64,000 nt of DNA, from assembly GCA_003208875.1 (NCBI GenBank), contig QCUR01000001.1:128001-192000 (forward strand), in the 5' to 3' direction. This stretch comes from Prochlorococcus sp. AG-679-M23. GTDB lineage: Bacteria; Cyanobacteriota; Cyanobacteriia; PCC-6307; Cyanobiaceae. Shown piece after piece: positions 43,167-55,278 of this stretch. Each line of letters begins with the position of its first letter. The first letter of the stretch is position 1. The position numbers and the translations under genes were made by a program. The notes below the pieces were generated by a model. It was not told where the DNA came from, ran no database searches, and saw only the letters and a program-made list of their open reading frames with translations.

Positions 43167-44567
43167 GTGATGAAAAATAATTTAAACTTTTCAGATTTGT
43201 TAAAAGGTGTTTTTACCAATTTCGATAAGAAAGGGGTAAATTCCGGATTAGTAAGTATTTGTATTGAGATACCTTCTGTTGATTTATTTGATGTATATGA
43301 ATTTTTTATTGATAAGTATTCTTTTTCTTCTTTTTTGGAAGAGGATAATAAAATGTCATATGTAGCTCTTGAGAAATGTAAATATATAACTTTAGAAGGG
43401 CCTAAAAAATTTAAAGTAGCGAAAGAATTTAGCTCAGAAAACTTTAATAATCTAATAAATTTGACTGATGAATCGAATACCTCTGCGCTTTCAAAAATAA
43501 TTTATTTTTTTTCTTTTTCAGAGAATCTAAAGAAAAAATATTGTTTGTTTGACGTCCCTAGTTTAGAGGCTATTTTACCTAAAATATTGATTATTAAAAA
43601 TAAAAGGGATTGTTGGTTAAGAATAAATGCTCATGTAGAGGGTAAATCTTCTTTGAGGACATTAATTGAAGAACTATGGTCAATAAGGGATCAGATCCTA
43701 AATTCAAAAAATAAAAAAAGTAAAAATAGTTTTGATTATCCTTCGATCAATTATTTTTTGAACTCTTTAGAATTATCAAATAATAATCTGAAGAAATTAA
43801 TAAATAAGGGAATTCAATTAGTAGAGGAAGGTAACCTTGACAAGATCGTTTTAGCTTCAAGAGTCAAAATAGGTTTTAAAAATAAATTTAATTTAATAAA
43901 TATTTTGAAAAAATTAAAAACTAATCAACCAAATACTTGTAGATATGTTTGGAGGAGAAATAGCAAAGATATTGTATTTGGAGCATCGCCAGAAAAACTA
44001 TTTTCATTTATGAAGCCTGATTTGGTTTTAGAGGCTATTGCTGGAACAGTATCAAGTGATTTAAATCCAGATTCTCTTATAGAAAGCTCTAAGGATATAA
44101 GAGAGCATAATTATGTACTTGAGTATTTAATTAAATCTTTGGAAGTTTTAAAGATTAATAACTATACAAAAAGTTCTTTAAAGGTAACTTCTTTTGGAGA
44201 TATTTCTCATTTACAAACTTTGGTATATTCCAAGATTCATAATATATGCCCTTTTGACTTGCTTAGAGTTTTGCATCCATCTCCAGCAGTTTGTGGATCT
44301 CCTAAAAAGGAAGCAATGAAATGGATAAATATACTTGAATCATTTTCTAGAGGAAATTATGCTTCGCCAATAGGATGGGTAGATTCTGAAGGAAATTCAG
44401 AATTCAGAGTAGCTATAAGAGGAGCACGTTATATTGACCAAAATCTAGAATTTACGGCTGGTTCAGGATTAGTAAAAGGTTCTATCTCTAAAAAAGAAAT
44501 TGAGGAGATTCAACTTAAATTTAAATCTTTAGTGAACCAAATATTTCTTGCCAAAAGAACTAAATAA
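43167..44567 (+). CDS. menF: isochorismate synthase
   Basis: [40 protein letters not shown]. Confidence 0.92.
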   Translation: MMKNNLNFSDLLKGVFTNFDKKGVNSGLVSICIEIPSVDLFDVYEFFIDKYSFSSFLEEDNKMSYVALEKCKYITLEGPKKFKVAKEFSSENFNNLINLTDESNTSALSKIIYFFSFSENLKKKYCLFDVPSLEAILPKILIIKNKRDCWLRINAHVEGKSSLRTLIEELWSIRDQILNSKNKKSKNSFDYPSINYFLNSLELSNNNLKKLINKGIQLVEEGNLDKIVLASRVKIGFKNKFNLINILKKLKTNQPNTCRYVWRRNSKDIVFGASPEKLFSFMKPDLVLEAIAGTVSSDLNPDSLIESSKDIREHNYVLEYLIKSLEVLKINNYTKSSLKVTSFGDISHLQTLVYSKIHNICPFDLLRVLHPSPAVCGSPKKEAMKWINILESFSRGNYASPIGWVDSEGNSEFRVAIRGARYIDQNLEFTAGSGLVKGSISKKEIEEIQLKFKSLVNQIFLAKRTK

Positions 44568-45483
44568 TTTTTAATAATTTTTCAATTACTTGATCTGAAA
44601 CTCTTTTATTAGATAAAGTTTCTATTTCTCTTAATCCTGTTGGACTTGTTACATTAATTTCACTAAGCATCCCATTTATTACATCTATACCAACAAAGAA
44701 TAAACCTTCATCTTTGAAATGTTGAGATAACTCAGTACAAATCTTTTTTTCTTTAACTGTAAGGTTTGTTTTTTCTGCTTTACCTCCCATAGCTAAATTA
44801 CTTCTAAAGTCCCCCCCTTGAGGAATTCTATTAATTGATCCAATTGGCTCACCGTTAACAATAATTATTCTTTTATCACCTTCTTTGACTTCGGGAATGA
44901 ATTTTTGCATCATTACTGGTAATTCTTCTTGGGATGTTATTAATTCAATCATTGCTTTAATACCTGGAGAATCCTTAGTTAGACGAATAACGCCTTGTCC
45001 TCCTTTCCCTCCAAGTGGTTTTACGACAACATCATGATTAATTTGTGCAAAATTAATAAGATCTTTTACTTTACTTGCAACTATTGTTGGTGCCATCAAA
45101 TGGCTGTACCTCAATGCGCCTAATTTTTCGTTCCAAGCACGCAATGAGGAAGGCTTATTTATGACTTTTACTCCTTTTCTTTCGGCCACTTCCAAAAGAT
45201 GAGTCGCATATAAATATCCCTCATTTACTGGGGGATCTTTTCTCATCCAAATACAATTAAATTCAGCAAGAGGGATACATTTATTTTCTTGAAAAGAAAC
45301 CCATGGACAAACTTCAGCTCTCCAAGAAGATGCCCATACTTCGTCTCCTCTTGCCTCTAGATCTTGAGGAGTACAAGTCCATACTTCTATCTTTTTCTTA
45401 GAAGAAGCTTGCATTAATGCTGCAGATGAATCTTTTAATGGATTTATATTTTTTATTGGGTCTACTACAAATAGAAATCTCAT
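44560..45483 (-). CDS. gshB: glutathione synthetase
   Basis: [41 protein letters not shown]. Confidence 0.97.
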   Translation of the reverse strand: MRFLFVVDPIKNINPLKDSSAALMQASSKKKIEVWTCTPQDLEARGDEVWASSWRAEVCPWVSFQENKCIPLAEFNCIWMRKDPPVNEGYLYATHLLEVAERKGVKVINKPSSLRAWNEKLGALRYSHLMAPTIVASKVKDLINFAQINHDVVVKPLGGKGGQGVIRLTKDSPGIKAMIELITSQEELPVMMQKFIPEVKEGDKRIIIVNGEPIGSINRIPQGGDFRSNLAMGGKAEKTNLTVKEKKICTELSQHFKDEGLFFVGIDVINGMLSEINVTSPTGLREIETLSNKRVSDQVIEKLLKII

Positions 45484-45488
45484 ATTAT

Positions 45489-45743
45489 CTAATTCAGTAA
45501 TAAGTCTAGTTTGTCCTCTTTTTCTAATTCATAAAGTTCGTCACAACCACCAATACTTTTATCATCAATAAAAATTTGAGGCACTGTTCTTTTACCATTA
45601 GCTCTCTCCATCATGAGTTCTCTTGCATTATCATCTCCATCTATTTTATGTTCAGTAAAACTTATATTTTTTTTTTCAAGTAAAGATTTCGCCCGTATGC
45701 AGAATGGGCAAAATCGCCAAGTATAAATTTCAACTTTAGACAT
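45489..45743 (-). CDS. grxC: glutaredoxin 3
   Basis: CPFC active site, TVPQIF, IGGCD. Confidence 0.95.
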   Translation of the reverse strand: MSKVEIYTWRFCPFCIRAKSLLEKKNISFTEHKIDGDDNARELMMERANGKRTVPQIFIDDKSIGGCDELYELEKEDKLDLLLN

Positions 45744-45819
45744 TTTTTTAAAATATTATTTACTTTATACTATTAAATAAAAGTGCTTGTTAGATTATAA
45801 ATAACAATTAAATTCTATT

Positions 45820-46942
45820 TTGATAGATATAACAGAATTTAAAAAAGATCTTTCAGAGTTAACCAAGCGCCTGGGCAATGCTCAGGATTGTCTTTGACGT
45901 TCCAAATTTAGTTGCTAAGAGAAAAGAGTTAGAGCAAATTGCTGCTCAACCAGAATTCTGGGGTAATCAGGCAGATGCAAAAAAACATATGCTCAACCTT
46001 GATGATGTTATAGATCAACTTCAATTGTTAGATAAATGGAAAATGTTCATTTCTGATGCTGAAGCTTCTCTTGAGCTTTATTCCTTAGAGCCTGAAGAAG
46101 AAATGATTGTTGAATCACATCAAGGATTAGTAACTTTAAGAGAGAATTTAGATAAGTGGGAATTCCAAAGATTATTATGTGGTGAATATGATAAAGAAGC
46201 TGCTATAGTCTCTATTAATGCTGGTGCAGGCGGCACTGATGCACAAGATTGGGTAGAAATTCTATTAAGAATGTATTCAAGATGGGTAGATAATAATGGA
46301 ATGAGCTTAGAAATTACTGATTTATCTGATGGAGAAGAAGCAGGTATTAAAAGCGTTACTTTTGAAGTTAATGGTAAATATGCTTATGGTTATCTTCAAA
46401 ATGAAAAAGGTACTCATAGATTAGTAAGAATTTCACCGTTTAATGCTAATGGTAAAAGACAAACTAGTTTCGCTGGAGTTGAGGTAATGCCAAAATTAGA
46501 TCAAAGTATTTCATTAGAGATTCCTGATAAAGATTTAGAAATTACAACTAGTAGATCAGGCGGAGCTGGAGGACAAAACGTTAATAAAGTAGAAACAGCA
46601 GTAAGGATTGTACATTTGCCTTCAGGAATCGCTGTAAGATGTACTCAAGAGAGATCTCAATTACAAAATAAGGAGAAAGCAATGTTATTGCTTAAAGCTA
46701 AATTATTAGTAATAGCTAAAGAACAAAAAGCTTCTGAAATATCTGATATTAAAGGTGATATTGTTGAGGCTGCATGGGGTAATCAAATTAGAAATTATGT
46801 TTTTCATCCCTATCAAATGGTTAAGGATTTAAGAACAATGAAAGAGACTAATGATTTAGATGCAGTTCTTAATGGTGGATTAGATCAATTTATTCATGAA
46901 TTATTGCGCATGAATATTTCTTCTAAAGAGTCTATTCAATAA
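45820..46942 (+). CDS. prfB: peptide chain release factor 2, translated via programmed +1 frameshift
   Basis: TTG 45820 gives [25 protein letters not shown] then CTT-TGA-C at 45892-45898; +1 frame continues DVPNL... with SPF and GGQ motifs. Confidence 0.97.
45883..45898 (+). promoter_or_regulatory. prfB +1 frameshift cassette
   Basis: CAGGATTGT-CTT-TGA-C: SD-like AGGA upstream of canonical CTTTGAC. Confidence 0.93.
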
Positions 46943-46946
46943 ATTT

Positions 46947-47129
46947 ATGGCAAATAAAAACGATAATTTAGAAAAAAAAGTTTCTCCTCCTAGCTTTATA
47001 AAACTAGCTATGAGAAATATGGTAAGGAAGGGTTCTAAAAGTATTTCTCATTTTTCAATTACTTTTTTAATTTTGATCGGAGTTTTAATTTTAATAGCTA
47101 CTTTAGGAAAGCCTAATATGCCTGTTTAA
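46947..47129 (+). CDS. small conserved membrane protein (DUF3285-like)
   Basis: PPSFIKLAMRNMVRKG followed by one TM helix. Confidence 0.8.
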   Translation: MANKNDNLEKKVSPPSFIKLAMRNMVRKGSKSISHFSITFLILIGVLILIATLGKPNMPV

Positions 47130-47136
47130 TGAAAGT

Positions 47137-47679
47137 ATGTATAAAAAAGATTTATATGACTTACAAATAGATTTAGTCTTTAAATGTAATGATTTTTCTA
47201 ACTTATCAGATCATTTTCTAAATAAGCCAGATAATCTTATTCTCAAATATAGTTTTTGGGAAGAAGTATTATTGTGTTGGATTAAAATAATTCTAGATGA
47301 AAAAGATACTTATTTTCCAAATTTTATTTTAGACAAAAAAAGTTTTTCGTTAAGTTTGCAGATTATTGATGATAAAGAAATTTCTTCTATTAATCAAAAG
47401 TGGATGAATAAATCTGGTTCAACTGATGTTTTATCTTTCCCAATTATTTCTGATGAAGATACAACTAAAGATTTAAATTTTATTGAATTAGGAGATTTAT
47501 TTATATCCTTAGAAACGGCTTTTAAACAATCGTTTGAGTTTAATCATTCTATTAAAAAAGAAATGCTATGGTTAGCCAGTCATGGATTATTACATCTTTT
47601 GGGATGGGAACATAATGATGATTATGAATTAGATAATATGTTAAATTTTCAAGAATATTTAATTTCAAAATTAGATTGA
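47137..47679 (+). CDS. ybeY: rRNA maturation endoribonuclease YbeY
   Basis: TDVLSFP, LGDLFIS, HGLLHLLGWEH. Confidence 0.95.
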   Translation: MYKKDLYDLQIDLVFKCNDFSNLSDHFLNKPDNLILKYSFWEEVLLCWIKIILDEKDTYFPNFILDKKSFSLSLQIIDDKEISSINQKWMNKSGSTDVLSFPIISDEDTTKDLNFIELGDLFISLETAFKQSFEFNHSIKKEMLWLASHGLLHLLGWEHNDDYELDNMLNFQEYLISKLD

Positions 47680-47702
47680 AATATTTTATTAATAAACTAT
47701 AA

Positions 47703-48119
47703 ATGAAGAGTAAAGCAAAACTTTTAAAAAGTAGGAGAAGGTCATATAGGACATCTAAAAATGTTTTAATAAGTTTTAGATATGCTTTTAATGGTATTAA
47801 ATATACATTTAAAAATTCTAGAAATTTTAAAATTCAAGTTGTTTTTGCTCTTTTTAGTTTAACCATAGGTTCTATTCTTCAACTTGATAAAAGCGATTAT
47901 TTAATTATACTAGTGACTGTTTTTTCTGTATTGACTTTAGAAATAATAAATACATCAATCGAATCTTTAGTTGATCTAGTGATTAAAAAAAAGTTTAGTA
48001 ATCTTGCTAAAATTGCAAAGGACTGTTCAGCAGGTGCTGTATTATTAGCTTCAATTAATTCTGTTATTATTGGTCTATGTTTATTTATTCCTAAAATAAA
48101 GTTATTATTTTTAAATTGA
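47703..48119 (+). CDS. dgkA: diacylglycerol/undecaprenol kinase family
   Basis: SFRYAFNG, RNFKIQ, EIINTSIE..VD, AKIAKDCSAGAV. Confidence 0.9.
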   Translation: MKSKAKLLKSRRRSYRTSKNVLISFRYAFNGIKYTFKNSRNFKIQVVFALFSLTIGSILQLDKSDYLIILVTVFSVLTLEIINTSIESLVDLVIKKKFSNLAKIAKDCSAGAVLLASINSVIIGLCLFIPKIKLLFLN

Positions 48120-48126
48120 AAAAGAT

Positions 48127-48723
48127 ATGTTTCTAGTTATTGATAATTACGATAGTTTTACGTATAACCTAGTTCAATACTTAGGAGAGCTTTCAGCAGA
48201 TCATCATATAACAAAAGAATTACTAGTAAAAAGAAATGATGAAATTACTTTAGAAGAGATAAGTCATATTAATCCCGATGGTATTTTATTGTCTCCTGGT
48301 CCAGGGAATCCAGATCAGTCAGGTATTTGTCTGCCAATTCTCCAAAACTTATCAAAGGAAATTCCAATATTAGGTGTCTGTTTAGGTCATCAAGCATTAG
48401 CTCAAGCCTATGGCGGTAAAGTAATAGTTGGTAAAGAATTAATGCATGGAAAGACCTCAAAAATTATTCACAATAAAAAAGGATTATTCCAAGATATTGA
48501 TAGCCCATTTTTGGCTACTAGATATCATAGTCTTATAGTAGATGCAGAATCTCTTCCCTCTTGTTTTGAAATAACTGCAACTTTAGAGGATTCAACAATT
48601 ATGGCAATTTCACATAAAGAATATAAAAATTTACATGGTGTTCAGTTTCATCCAGAAAGTGTTCTAACACAATTTGGACATAAATTAATTAGTAATTTTT
48701 TAAATATGGCTCAAAATAAGTAA
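48127..48723 (+). CDS. glutamine amidotransferase, anthranilate/aminodeoxychorismate synthase component II (TrpG/PabA)
   Basis: IDNYDSFTYNL, SPGPG, GVCLGHQ, RYHSL, QFHPES. Confidence 0.93.
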   Translation: MFLVIDNYDSFTYNLVQYLGELSADHHITKELLVKRNDEITLEEISHINPDGILLSPGPGNPDQSGICLPILQNLSKEIPILGVCLGHQALAQAYGGKVIVGKELMHGKTSKIIHNKKGLFQDIDSPFLATRYHSLIVDAESLPSCFEITATLEDSTIMAISHKEYKNLHGVQFHPESVLTQFGHKLISNFLNMAQNK

Positions 48724-48745
48724 AATATAAATATATAAATTTTCT

Positions 48746-49474
48746 ATGAGTTTTATCAAAATAAAAAAATTTTTCCTTTTTACATTATTTTTATTTTTAA
48801 TACCCTCATCCGCCATGGCAGGTGATTTGTTATTAAACAGTTTAGGTCATGGTAGTTTTTTAATTAAAGGAAGAAAAAAATCAGTTCTTATAAATCCTTT
48901 TAAGGCTATTGGTTGTGCAAGTGATTTAAATGAGCCAAAAGGAATAAATGCTGATTTTATTTTAGCTAGTTCAAAACTAGCTGATGAAGGATACAATCCA
49001 AATGATCAATTGATGTTTGTAGAACCTGGAGTTTATAAATTCGAAGATATATTATTAAATGGAATTGAGGTTCCTCATGACAGAATTGGGGGAAGAAGGT
49101 TTGGGATGGCTACGGTCTGGAGTTGGGAGCAGAATAATTTAAAAATAGTCCATATGGGTGGAGCTGCTGGTGAAATGGATATAAATAGTGAAATTATTTT
49201 GTCCCGTCCAGATATTTTATTTATTTCAATAGGAGGAGGATTTAAATCTTATAACGGAATCGAGGCCTCAGATATAGTAAAAAAATTAAAACCCTCAATT
49301 GTTGTTCCTGTTCATTTTGTGAGAGGCAAAAATATTAGTGATAATTGTGATTTTTCTAATGCTGACTTTTTTCTTGAAAATATGCAAGATTTTAAAGTCA
49401 AATATCTTGGTAAAAGCTTTGAAATAAATTCAAAAAGAATTGATAAAAATACTATTTATATTTTCAAAGATTAA
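48746..49474 (+). CDS. exported metallo-beta-lactamase-fold protein (metal ligands partly degenerate)
   Basis: Signal peptide ending AMA; LGHGSFLI, HDRIGGRRFG, IVHMG, VPVHF; canonical HxHxDH replaced by SSKLADE. Confidence 0.75.
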   Translation: MSFIKIKKFFLFTLFLFLIPSSAMAGDLLLNSLGHGSFLIKGRKKSVLINPFKAIGCASDLNEPKGINADFILASSKLADEGYNPNDQLMFVEPGVYKFEDILLNGIEVPHDRIGGRRFGMATVWSWEQNNLKIVHMGGAAGEMDINSEIILSRPDILFISIGGGFKSYNGIEASDIVKKLKPSIVVPVHFVRGKNISDNCDFSNADFFLENMQDFKVKYLGKSFEINSKRIDKNTIYIFKD

Positions 49475-50580
49475 TTATTAAGATCTAATTTTTTATAGGT
49501 ACTCCAGAAAATACTCATTTGTTCTTGAGTTCCTATACTTACCCTTATAGAATTCTCAATATCTTTTTTGTTTTTCATCTCTCTTATTAAGATACCCTTT
49601 TCTCTCATTTGTCTTGTCAAAATTTCTGGATTTTTTTTTGGCCAAATTAAAAAATAATTTCCGCCACCAAAATGTTTCCTAATTGCTACAGATTCAAATT
49701 TTTTCTCAATTAATACTCTCGCTTTTTTTACTTCAGAAACATAATTATCTATATAAGATTTATCATTTAGAGCAGCTAATGCAGCAGTAACAGCAAAACT
49801 GTTCACATCATAAGGTCCTGTCACTTTATTGATATATTTCATTATGTTTTTATGTCCGAATGCAAAGCCAATTCTCAAACCAGCTAAACCAGCAGTCTTT
49901 GATAGGGATTGAATAACAACTATATTTTTAATTTTTTTAAAATCTATTACTGGAAGAAGACTATCGCCGTAAAATTTCTCATAAAGTTCATCTACGACAA
50001 TTAATGATTTTTTATTCAGATTTGCTAAATTTATTATTTCTTTAGCACTTAAAACAGTACCAGTAGGGTTATTTGGATTACAAATAAATATTAATTTAGG
50101 GTTATGTTTAATAATTTTTTCTTTAAATCTCTTTATTGGGAAAAGAAAGTTTTCTCCTTCGTAGGTACAAGTTATTTTTCTCATACCTTGTATTTCAGAA
50201 CAAGGAGAATAATAACCAAATGTAGGGTTTGTGGTCAGGAATATTTCATCCCTGTCGCCAAAACAATTAAATATCGCATTTATTGCAGCATCAGCTCCAT
50301 TAAACAAACCTATCTCTTCAGAGTCAAATTGCCTTGATTCATAATAGTGATTCGATACAAATTTTTTTAATAAGTTATATTCTGGATAGATTGAAATTTG
50401 ATTTAAATTAATATCTTTGATAGCTTCATATACTTTTTTACTGGGACCTAAAGTATTTTCATTAAAATCTAAACGCAATAAATTTCTTCTGTTTTCTAAA
50501 GGTGCAGAATAAGATTGCATATTTATTATTTCCTTTCTTGGGAGTGGTGAAAGATTATTTATTTGATCAAATTCATTCAT
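49471..50580 (-). CDS. hisC: histidinol-phosphate aminotransferase family
   Basis: LDFNEN, CNPNNPTG, VDELY, SLSKTAGLAGLRIG. Confidence 0.85.
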   Translation of the reverse strand: MNEFDQINNLSPLPRKEIINMQSYSAPLENRRNLLRLDFNENTLGPSKKVYEAIKDINLNQISIYPEYNLLKKFVSNHYYESRQFDSEEIGLFNGADAAINAIFNCFGDRDEIFLTTNPTFGYYSPCSEIQGMRKITCTYEGENFLFPIKRFKEKIIKHNPKLIFICNPNNPTGTVLSAKEIINLANLNKKSLIVVDELYEKFYGDSLLPVIDFKKIKNIVVIQSLSKTAGLAGLRIGFAFGHKNIMKYINKVTGPYDVNSFAVTAALAALNDKSYIDNYVSEVKKARVLIEKKFESVAIRKHFGGGNYFLIWPKKNPEILTRQMREKGILIREMKNKKDIENSIRVSIGTQEQMSIFWSTYKKLDLNN

Positions 50581-52391
50581 TACATTCTATCTAAGGTTTC
50601 AATTCCAAGAAGCTCTAAACTTAATTTTAAAGTCTTTTCAGTTAAAGCACATAATGTGAGTCTTGAAATCTTTGTATCCATTTCTCCCTTAAGAATAGGA
50701 ACTTGATCGTAAAATCTATTAAAAGTCTTACATAATTCAAACAGATAATTACATAATCTATTTGGCATTAAGTCTTTTTCTATCGAAATAATAACTTCAT
50801 CAAATTTAAGTAATTTCCTTATAAGCTTCCACTCTAAATCATGGCTATATGAAATAGATTCTAAATTTAACCCCTCTTCAGTCATATTACTTTTTCTATT
50901 AATTCCTGAAATTCTTACAAGTGTATACAAAAGATAAGGCGCCGTATTTCCATTAAGAGAAAGCATCTTTTCAAAACTAAATTGATAATTTGTGATTCTA
51001 TTTTGGCTTAAATCGGCATATTTTACTGCTCCGATTCCAATAACTTTTGAAGTATTTAAAATAAAATCATCATTTTCAAAACGACTTTCGTTCTCTAATC
51101 TTTTTAATAGATCTTCTTTTGCTCTATTAATTGACTCTGATAATAAATCTTTTAGTTTTATGGTATCTCCTTCTCTTGTTTTAAGTTTCTTTCCATCAAT
51201 ACCTTGTACTAGCCCGAAGGGAACATGATTTACTTCGCAATCTTTTGGGATCCAATTAGCTCTTTTAGCAACTTGAAAAACTCCTGCAAAATGATTGGAT
51301 TGACCATGATCTGTTACATAAATAATTCTGGCTGCATTATCTCCATATGGTTCCTTATTAAATCTATATCTTAGAGCGGCAAGATCAGTAGTTGCATAAT
51401 TGAACCCACCGTCTTTTTTTTGAATAATAAGTGGTAATGGATTCCCTTCTTTATTAGTCATGCCATCAAGAAAAACACATTTTGCACCTTGATCTTCTAC
51501 TAATATTCTCTTGTAATTTAAATCCTCAACTATTGATTTTAAAAAAGGATTATAAAAAGATTCTCCTCTTTCTTTAATTTTTATGTTCAATGTTTTATAG
51601 ATTTGATCAAACTCTTTTCTTGATTGATTACATAATAATTTCCATGCTTCAATTGATTTTTTATCTCCACTTTGTAATTGAACTACCTCTTCTCTTGATC
51701 TCTTTTGGAATTCTGTTTCATTATCAAATCTTTTTTTTGAAGCTTTATAGAATTCAACCAAATCACTAATTTTGATTCTATCTATTTCTTTAAGATCGCT
51801 TGAATATAAATCTTTAAGCTGAGTAATAAGCATTCCAAATTGTGTACCCCAATCTCCAATGTGATTTAGTCTTAAAACGATATATCCTCTAAATTCCAAA
51901 ATTTTTGAGATCGAATCTCCTATAATTGTTGATCTTAGATGACCCACATGCATTTCTTTAGCAATATTAGGACTTGAAAAATCTACGATAACTTTTTTTT
52001 GGGAATGACTATTATTTTTATGGGATAAAGGAACACCAGCTCTAGGGCATTTTTTATTAGATTTTATTTCTTCAATCAAAACATTATTTTTTAATTTTAT
52101 ATTTATAAAACCTGGTCCCGCAATTTCTAAATCTTCACATAAATTAGAAATCTTTTTATTTTCTTTGAGGTTCTCAATAAATGCAATAGCAATTTCTCTA
52201 GGGTTACTTTTATAAATCTTAGATAAAACCAGACATACATTACATTGATAATCACCAAACTCCTCTTTAGATGCTTGATTAATTAAATTTTTACGAATTT
52301 TTTCAAATTCTTCTTTCTTTTCATTTTTTATAAGACTTTCTAGAAGAGTTTCTTCAAAGCTTTTAGTTAATTCTTTAAAAATTACCTGCAT
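50580..52391 (-). CDS. argS: arginyl-tRNA synthetase
   Basis: [38 protein letters not shown]. Confidence 0.98.
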   Translation of the reverse strand: MQVIFKELTKSFEETLLESLIKNEKKEEFEKIRKNLINQASKEEFGDYQCNVCLVLSKIYKSNPREIAIAFIENLKENKKISNLCEDLEIAGPGFINIKLKNNVLIEEIKSNKKCPRAGVPLSHKNNSHSQKKVIVDFSSPNIAKEMHVGHLRSTIIGDSISKILEFRGYIVLRLNHIGDWGTQFGMLITQLKDLYSSDLKEIDRIKISDLVEFYKASKKRFDNETEFQKRSREEVVQLQSGDKKSIEAWKLLCNQSRKEFDQIYKTLNIKIKERGESFYNPFLKSIVEDLNYKRILVEDQGAKCVFLDGMTNKEGNPLPLIIQKKDGGFNYATTDLAALRYRFNKEPYGDNAARIIYVTDHGQSNHFAGVFQVAKRANWIPKDCEVNHVPFGLVQGIDGKKLKTREGDTIKLKDLLSESINRAKEDLLKRLENESRFENDDFILNTSKVIGIGAVKYADLSQNRITNYQFSFEKMLSLNGNTAPYLLYTLVRISGINRKSNMTEEGLNLESISYSHDLEWKLIRKLLKFDEVIISIEKDLMPNRLCNYLFELCKTFNRFYDQVPILKGEMDTKISRLTLCALTEKTLKLSLELLGIETLDRM

Positions 52392-52418
52392 GAATTATTA
52401 GAATGCTATTCGAGTCAT

Positions 52419-53285
52419 TTAATTAATATAACGCATACTAAAATCAATCCAATTACTTTTAGTAATTGAAGAACTTGTTGAAATTAAATCAACTCCATCA
52501 ATTAAATACTTACTAATGTTTATTGGATTAATTCCAGATACCTCTATGATTAAATCATTCCTAATTGTTTTATTAGTGTTATTTTTTGATAAGTCTCTTA
52601 ATTCTTTAATACCTTTTTTAAGTAATTCAGGATTAAATTCATCTAACAAAATACTATCTGCACCTGCTAAAACTGCATCTTTTGCTTGCTGCATATCTTC
52701 TGCTTCAATAATAATATGAGTTGTAAAGGGACTATTTAATCTAATTTTTTCAACTGCATTTTTCAAGTTATCAGTCCATGCAATGTGGTTTTCTTTAATC
52801 ATTGCAGCATCATATAATCCCATTCTATGATTAATACCACCACCACATTTAAAAGCATACTTTTCAAATATTCTTAAACCAGGAGTAGTTTTTCTTGTAT
52901 CTGCTAAATTTATATTTGTACCTTTCAGAACATCTACAATATTTTTTGTATAAGTTGAGATTCCCGATAAATGCATTGAGATATTGAGACTTATTCTTTC
53001 ACTTGCCAAGAGACTTCTTGAAGGGCCATTTAGTTCAAGAAGCTTTTGATCCTTCAAAAATTTTTCACCATCATTAATAAAAAAATTGCACTCTATTTTT
53101 TCGTCAATTTTTTTAAAAATTTCTTTTATTATTCCAACACCACAAAATATTCCTTCCTCTTTTGCTATCCAATAGGCTTTTCCTATTTTTTTGGTAATCG
53201 CAGAAGATGTTAGATCACCTTTACCGATATCTTCTTCAATCCAACCATCAATAACTCTAGAAATATTTGGAGAGTATAAATCCAC
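52419..53285 (-). CDS. nadC: quinolinate phosphoribosyltransferase
   Basis: EDIGKGDLT, DTRKTTPGLR, HRMGLYDAAMIKENH. Confidence 0.96.
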   Translation of the reverse strand: MDLYSPNISRVIDGWIEEDIGKGDLTSSAITKKIGKAYWIAKEEGIFCGVGIIKEIFKKIDEKIECNFFINDGEKFLKDQKLLELNGPSRSLLASERISLNISMHLSGISTYTKNIVDVLKGTNINLADTRKTTPGLRIFEKYAFKCGGGINHRMGLYDAAMIKENHIAWTDNLKNAVEKIRLNSPFTTHIIIEAEDMQQAKDAVLAGADSILLDEFNPELLKKGIKELRDLSKNNTNKTIRNDLIIEVSGINPINISKYLIDGVDLISTSSSITKSNWIDFSMRYIN

Positions 53286-53360
53286 TAAATTTGAATAAGA
53301 TAAAAATTTTATTTTAACTTTTAAAGTTTACTTTATACCTTAATGTATTTTAATAAAAAT

Positions 53361-54743
53361 TTATTTACCTATACAAAATTTGGAAAAAATATTATTTAGT
53401 AGATCTTCAGTTAATTCTTGACCTGTAATTCTCGATAAGTTTTTTATTCCATCTCTAACTTCAATTGATAATAAATCGAAGGGTAATTGATTAGCAATTA
53501 TTGGATCAGTATCATTTAAATTTTTTAGGCAATCAGTTAGGTTTGATATTTGTCTTTCATTTAAAAAAATATCTATATTTTCAAATTCTTTTGATCCACA
53601 TTTTTTAACTATCTTTTCGACTAGTTCTTTTTCGCCTTCATCATTTTTAATACTCATTAAAACAGAGTTCGATAAATTTTTTTTATTTACTTTTTTTGAA
53701 TCAATTAAATCTTTTTTATTCCCCAAGATTGTAATTAATTTTTCTTGTGGAATTTTGCTTATAATTTTCTCATCATCCTTATTTAATCCTTCTTCAAGAC
53801 TATATAAATAGATTATATAGTCTGAGTTTTGAATCATTTCAAAGCTTTTTTCAATTCCAATATTTTCTATATATTCATCTGTTTCTCTAATGCCAGCTGT
53901 ATCTATTATTTTTATTGGTATATCTTTTATAGTCAAATTCACTTCAATTGTATCTCTAGTTGTTCCTGGAATATTAGTAACTATTGCTTTTTCTTTTTTT
54001 GAGAGAAGATTTAAAAGAGAACTTTTCCCAACATTAGTTTTGCCAATAAGAGCAATTGATATTCCATTATGAATATGCCCCCCCCTTTTTGAATTTTCTA
54101 TAAGGATTTCTATTTTTTCTTTTATAATTTTAATATTTCTAGAAAAATCATCATAATTGAATTCTGAAAAATCCTCGTCAAAGTCTACTCTTGCTTCTAT
54201 TTCTGATAATTGCTCGATTAAATCATTTTTAATAATATCAATCTTTTTCTTTATTTCTCCCTTTACTCCATTAAAAGCTATTTCGGCTGATTTAAGATTT
54301 TTTGCATTAATCAATTGATTAATTGATTCTGCTTGAGTTAAATCTATTTTGCCATTAAGAAATGCTCTTTGACTAAATTCTCCTGGATTTGCAATCCTTA
54401 CTCCAGTATTATTTGATAACAATGTCTCCATCACTTTATTTACAACAATTACTCCTCCATGACAGTGCAATTCAACAATATCTTCTCCAGTGAAACTATT
54501 AGGAGAATGCATAACTGTAATTAAAATTTCATCTATAAATTTATTTTCTAAATTATCTTTTATAAAGCCATGAAAAACTCTGTGAGACTCCCAAGCATAT
54601 TTAGATTTTGTTTCTACAATATTTTTACAGGAATTTATTGCTTCTTCTCCTGATACTCTTATAACTGCAATTCCTCCTTTACCTAGACTTATAGCCGAAG
54701 CTATAGCTGCTATTGTATCCTCAGTATCGATAATTGATTCCAT
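53361..54743 (-). CDS. mnmE: tRNA modification GTPase MnmE
   Basis: [47 protein letters not shown]. Confidence 0.98.
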   Translation of the reverse strand: MESIIDTEDTIAAIASAISLGKGGIAVIRVSGEEAINSCKNIVETKSKYAWESHRVFHGFIKDNLENKFIDEILITVMHSPNSFTGEDIVELHCHGGVIVVNKVMETLLSNNTGVRIANPGEFSQRAFLNGKIDLTQAESINQLINAKNLKSAEIAFNGVKGEIKKKIDIIKNDLIEQLSEIEARVDFDEDFSEFNYDDFSRNIKIIKEKIEILIENSKRGGHIHNGISIALIGKTNVGKSSLLNLLSKKEKAIVTNIPGTTRDTIEVNLTIKDIPIKIIDTAGIRETDEYIENIGIEKSFEMIQNSDYIIYLYSLEEGLNKDDEKIISKIPQEKLITILGNKKDLIDSKKVNKKNLSNSVLMSIKNDEGEKELVEKIVKKCGSKEFENIDIFLNERQISNLTDCLKNLNDTDPIIANQLPFDLLSIEVRDGIKNLSRITGQELTEDLLNNIFSKFCIGK

Positions 54744-54809
54744 CTCTCACTATGCTGTGGATAATTAAGTAAGCTTATCAAAGAAAACTTTTTTGATTGT
54801 GATTTCAGA

Positions 54810-55262
54810 ATGAAGTTGATAAAGAATCTTCAATATAAAAAAATTCTATCATTATTTTTGAAACAAGATGGTACTCCCTTTTTTAATGCAAAGGGAGTAG
54901 CTGTTGGTATCTTTTGTGGATGCTTTCCTTTCTTTGGTTTTCAAACTTTATTAGGATTATTTTTAGCAAGAGTTGCAAAAGGAAATCTTTTTCTTGCTGC
55001 AATTGGTACTTGGATAAGTAATCCTTTTACTTATGTGCCTCTATATTTTTTCAATTATAAAGTTGGGTCATTCTTGCTAAAAAATTCTACAGATATTGTT
55101 TTTGATAAAAATTTAATGATTGAAGAATTATGGGAACAAGGGAGTGTTTTTTCATTAAGATTAATTTTGGGTTCAGCATTAGTTGGATTTTTATTAGCTT
55201 CTATTTCTGGCATAATTGTTTTTTTGCTATATAAGAAAAATAAAAAAAAGAACATTTTATAA
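54810..55262 (+). CDS. membrane protein (DUF2062-like)
   Basis: AKGVAVGIF.GCFPFFGFQT...TWISNPFTYVP. Confidence 0.8.
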   Translation: MKLIKNLQYKKILSLFLKQDGTPFFNAKGVAVGIFCGCFPFFGFQTLLGLFLARVAKGNLFLAAIGTWISNPFTYVPLYFFNYKVGSFLLKNSTDIVFDKNLMIEELWEQGSVFSLRLILGSALVGFLLASISGIIVFLLYKKNKKKNIL

Positions 55263-55278
55263 TTCTTTTAAGTTGTAA

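Noticed and set aside
45878..45895. Track start of prfB at ATG 45878
   Set aside because: Superseded by upstream TTG 45820 plus the canonical CTTTGAC frameshift; not a pseudogene
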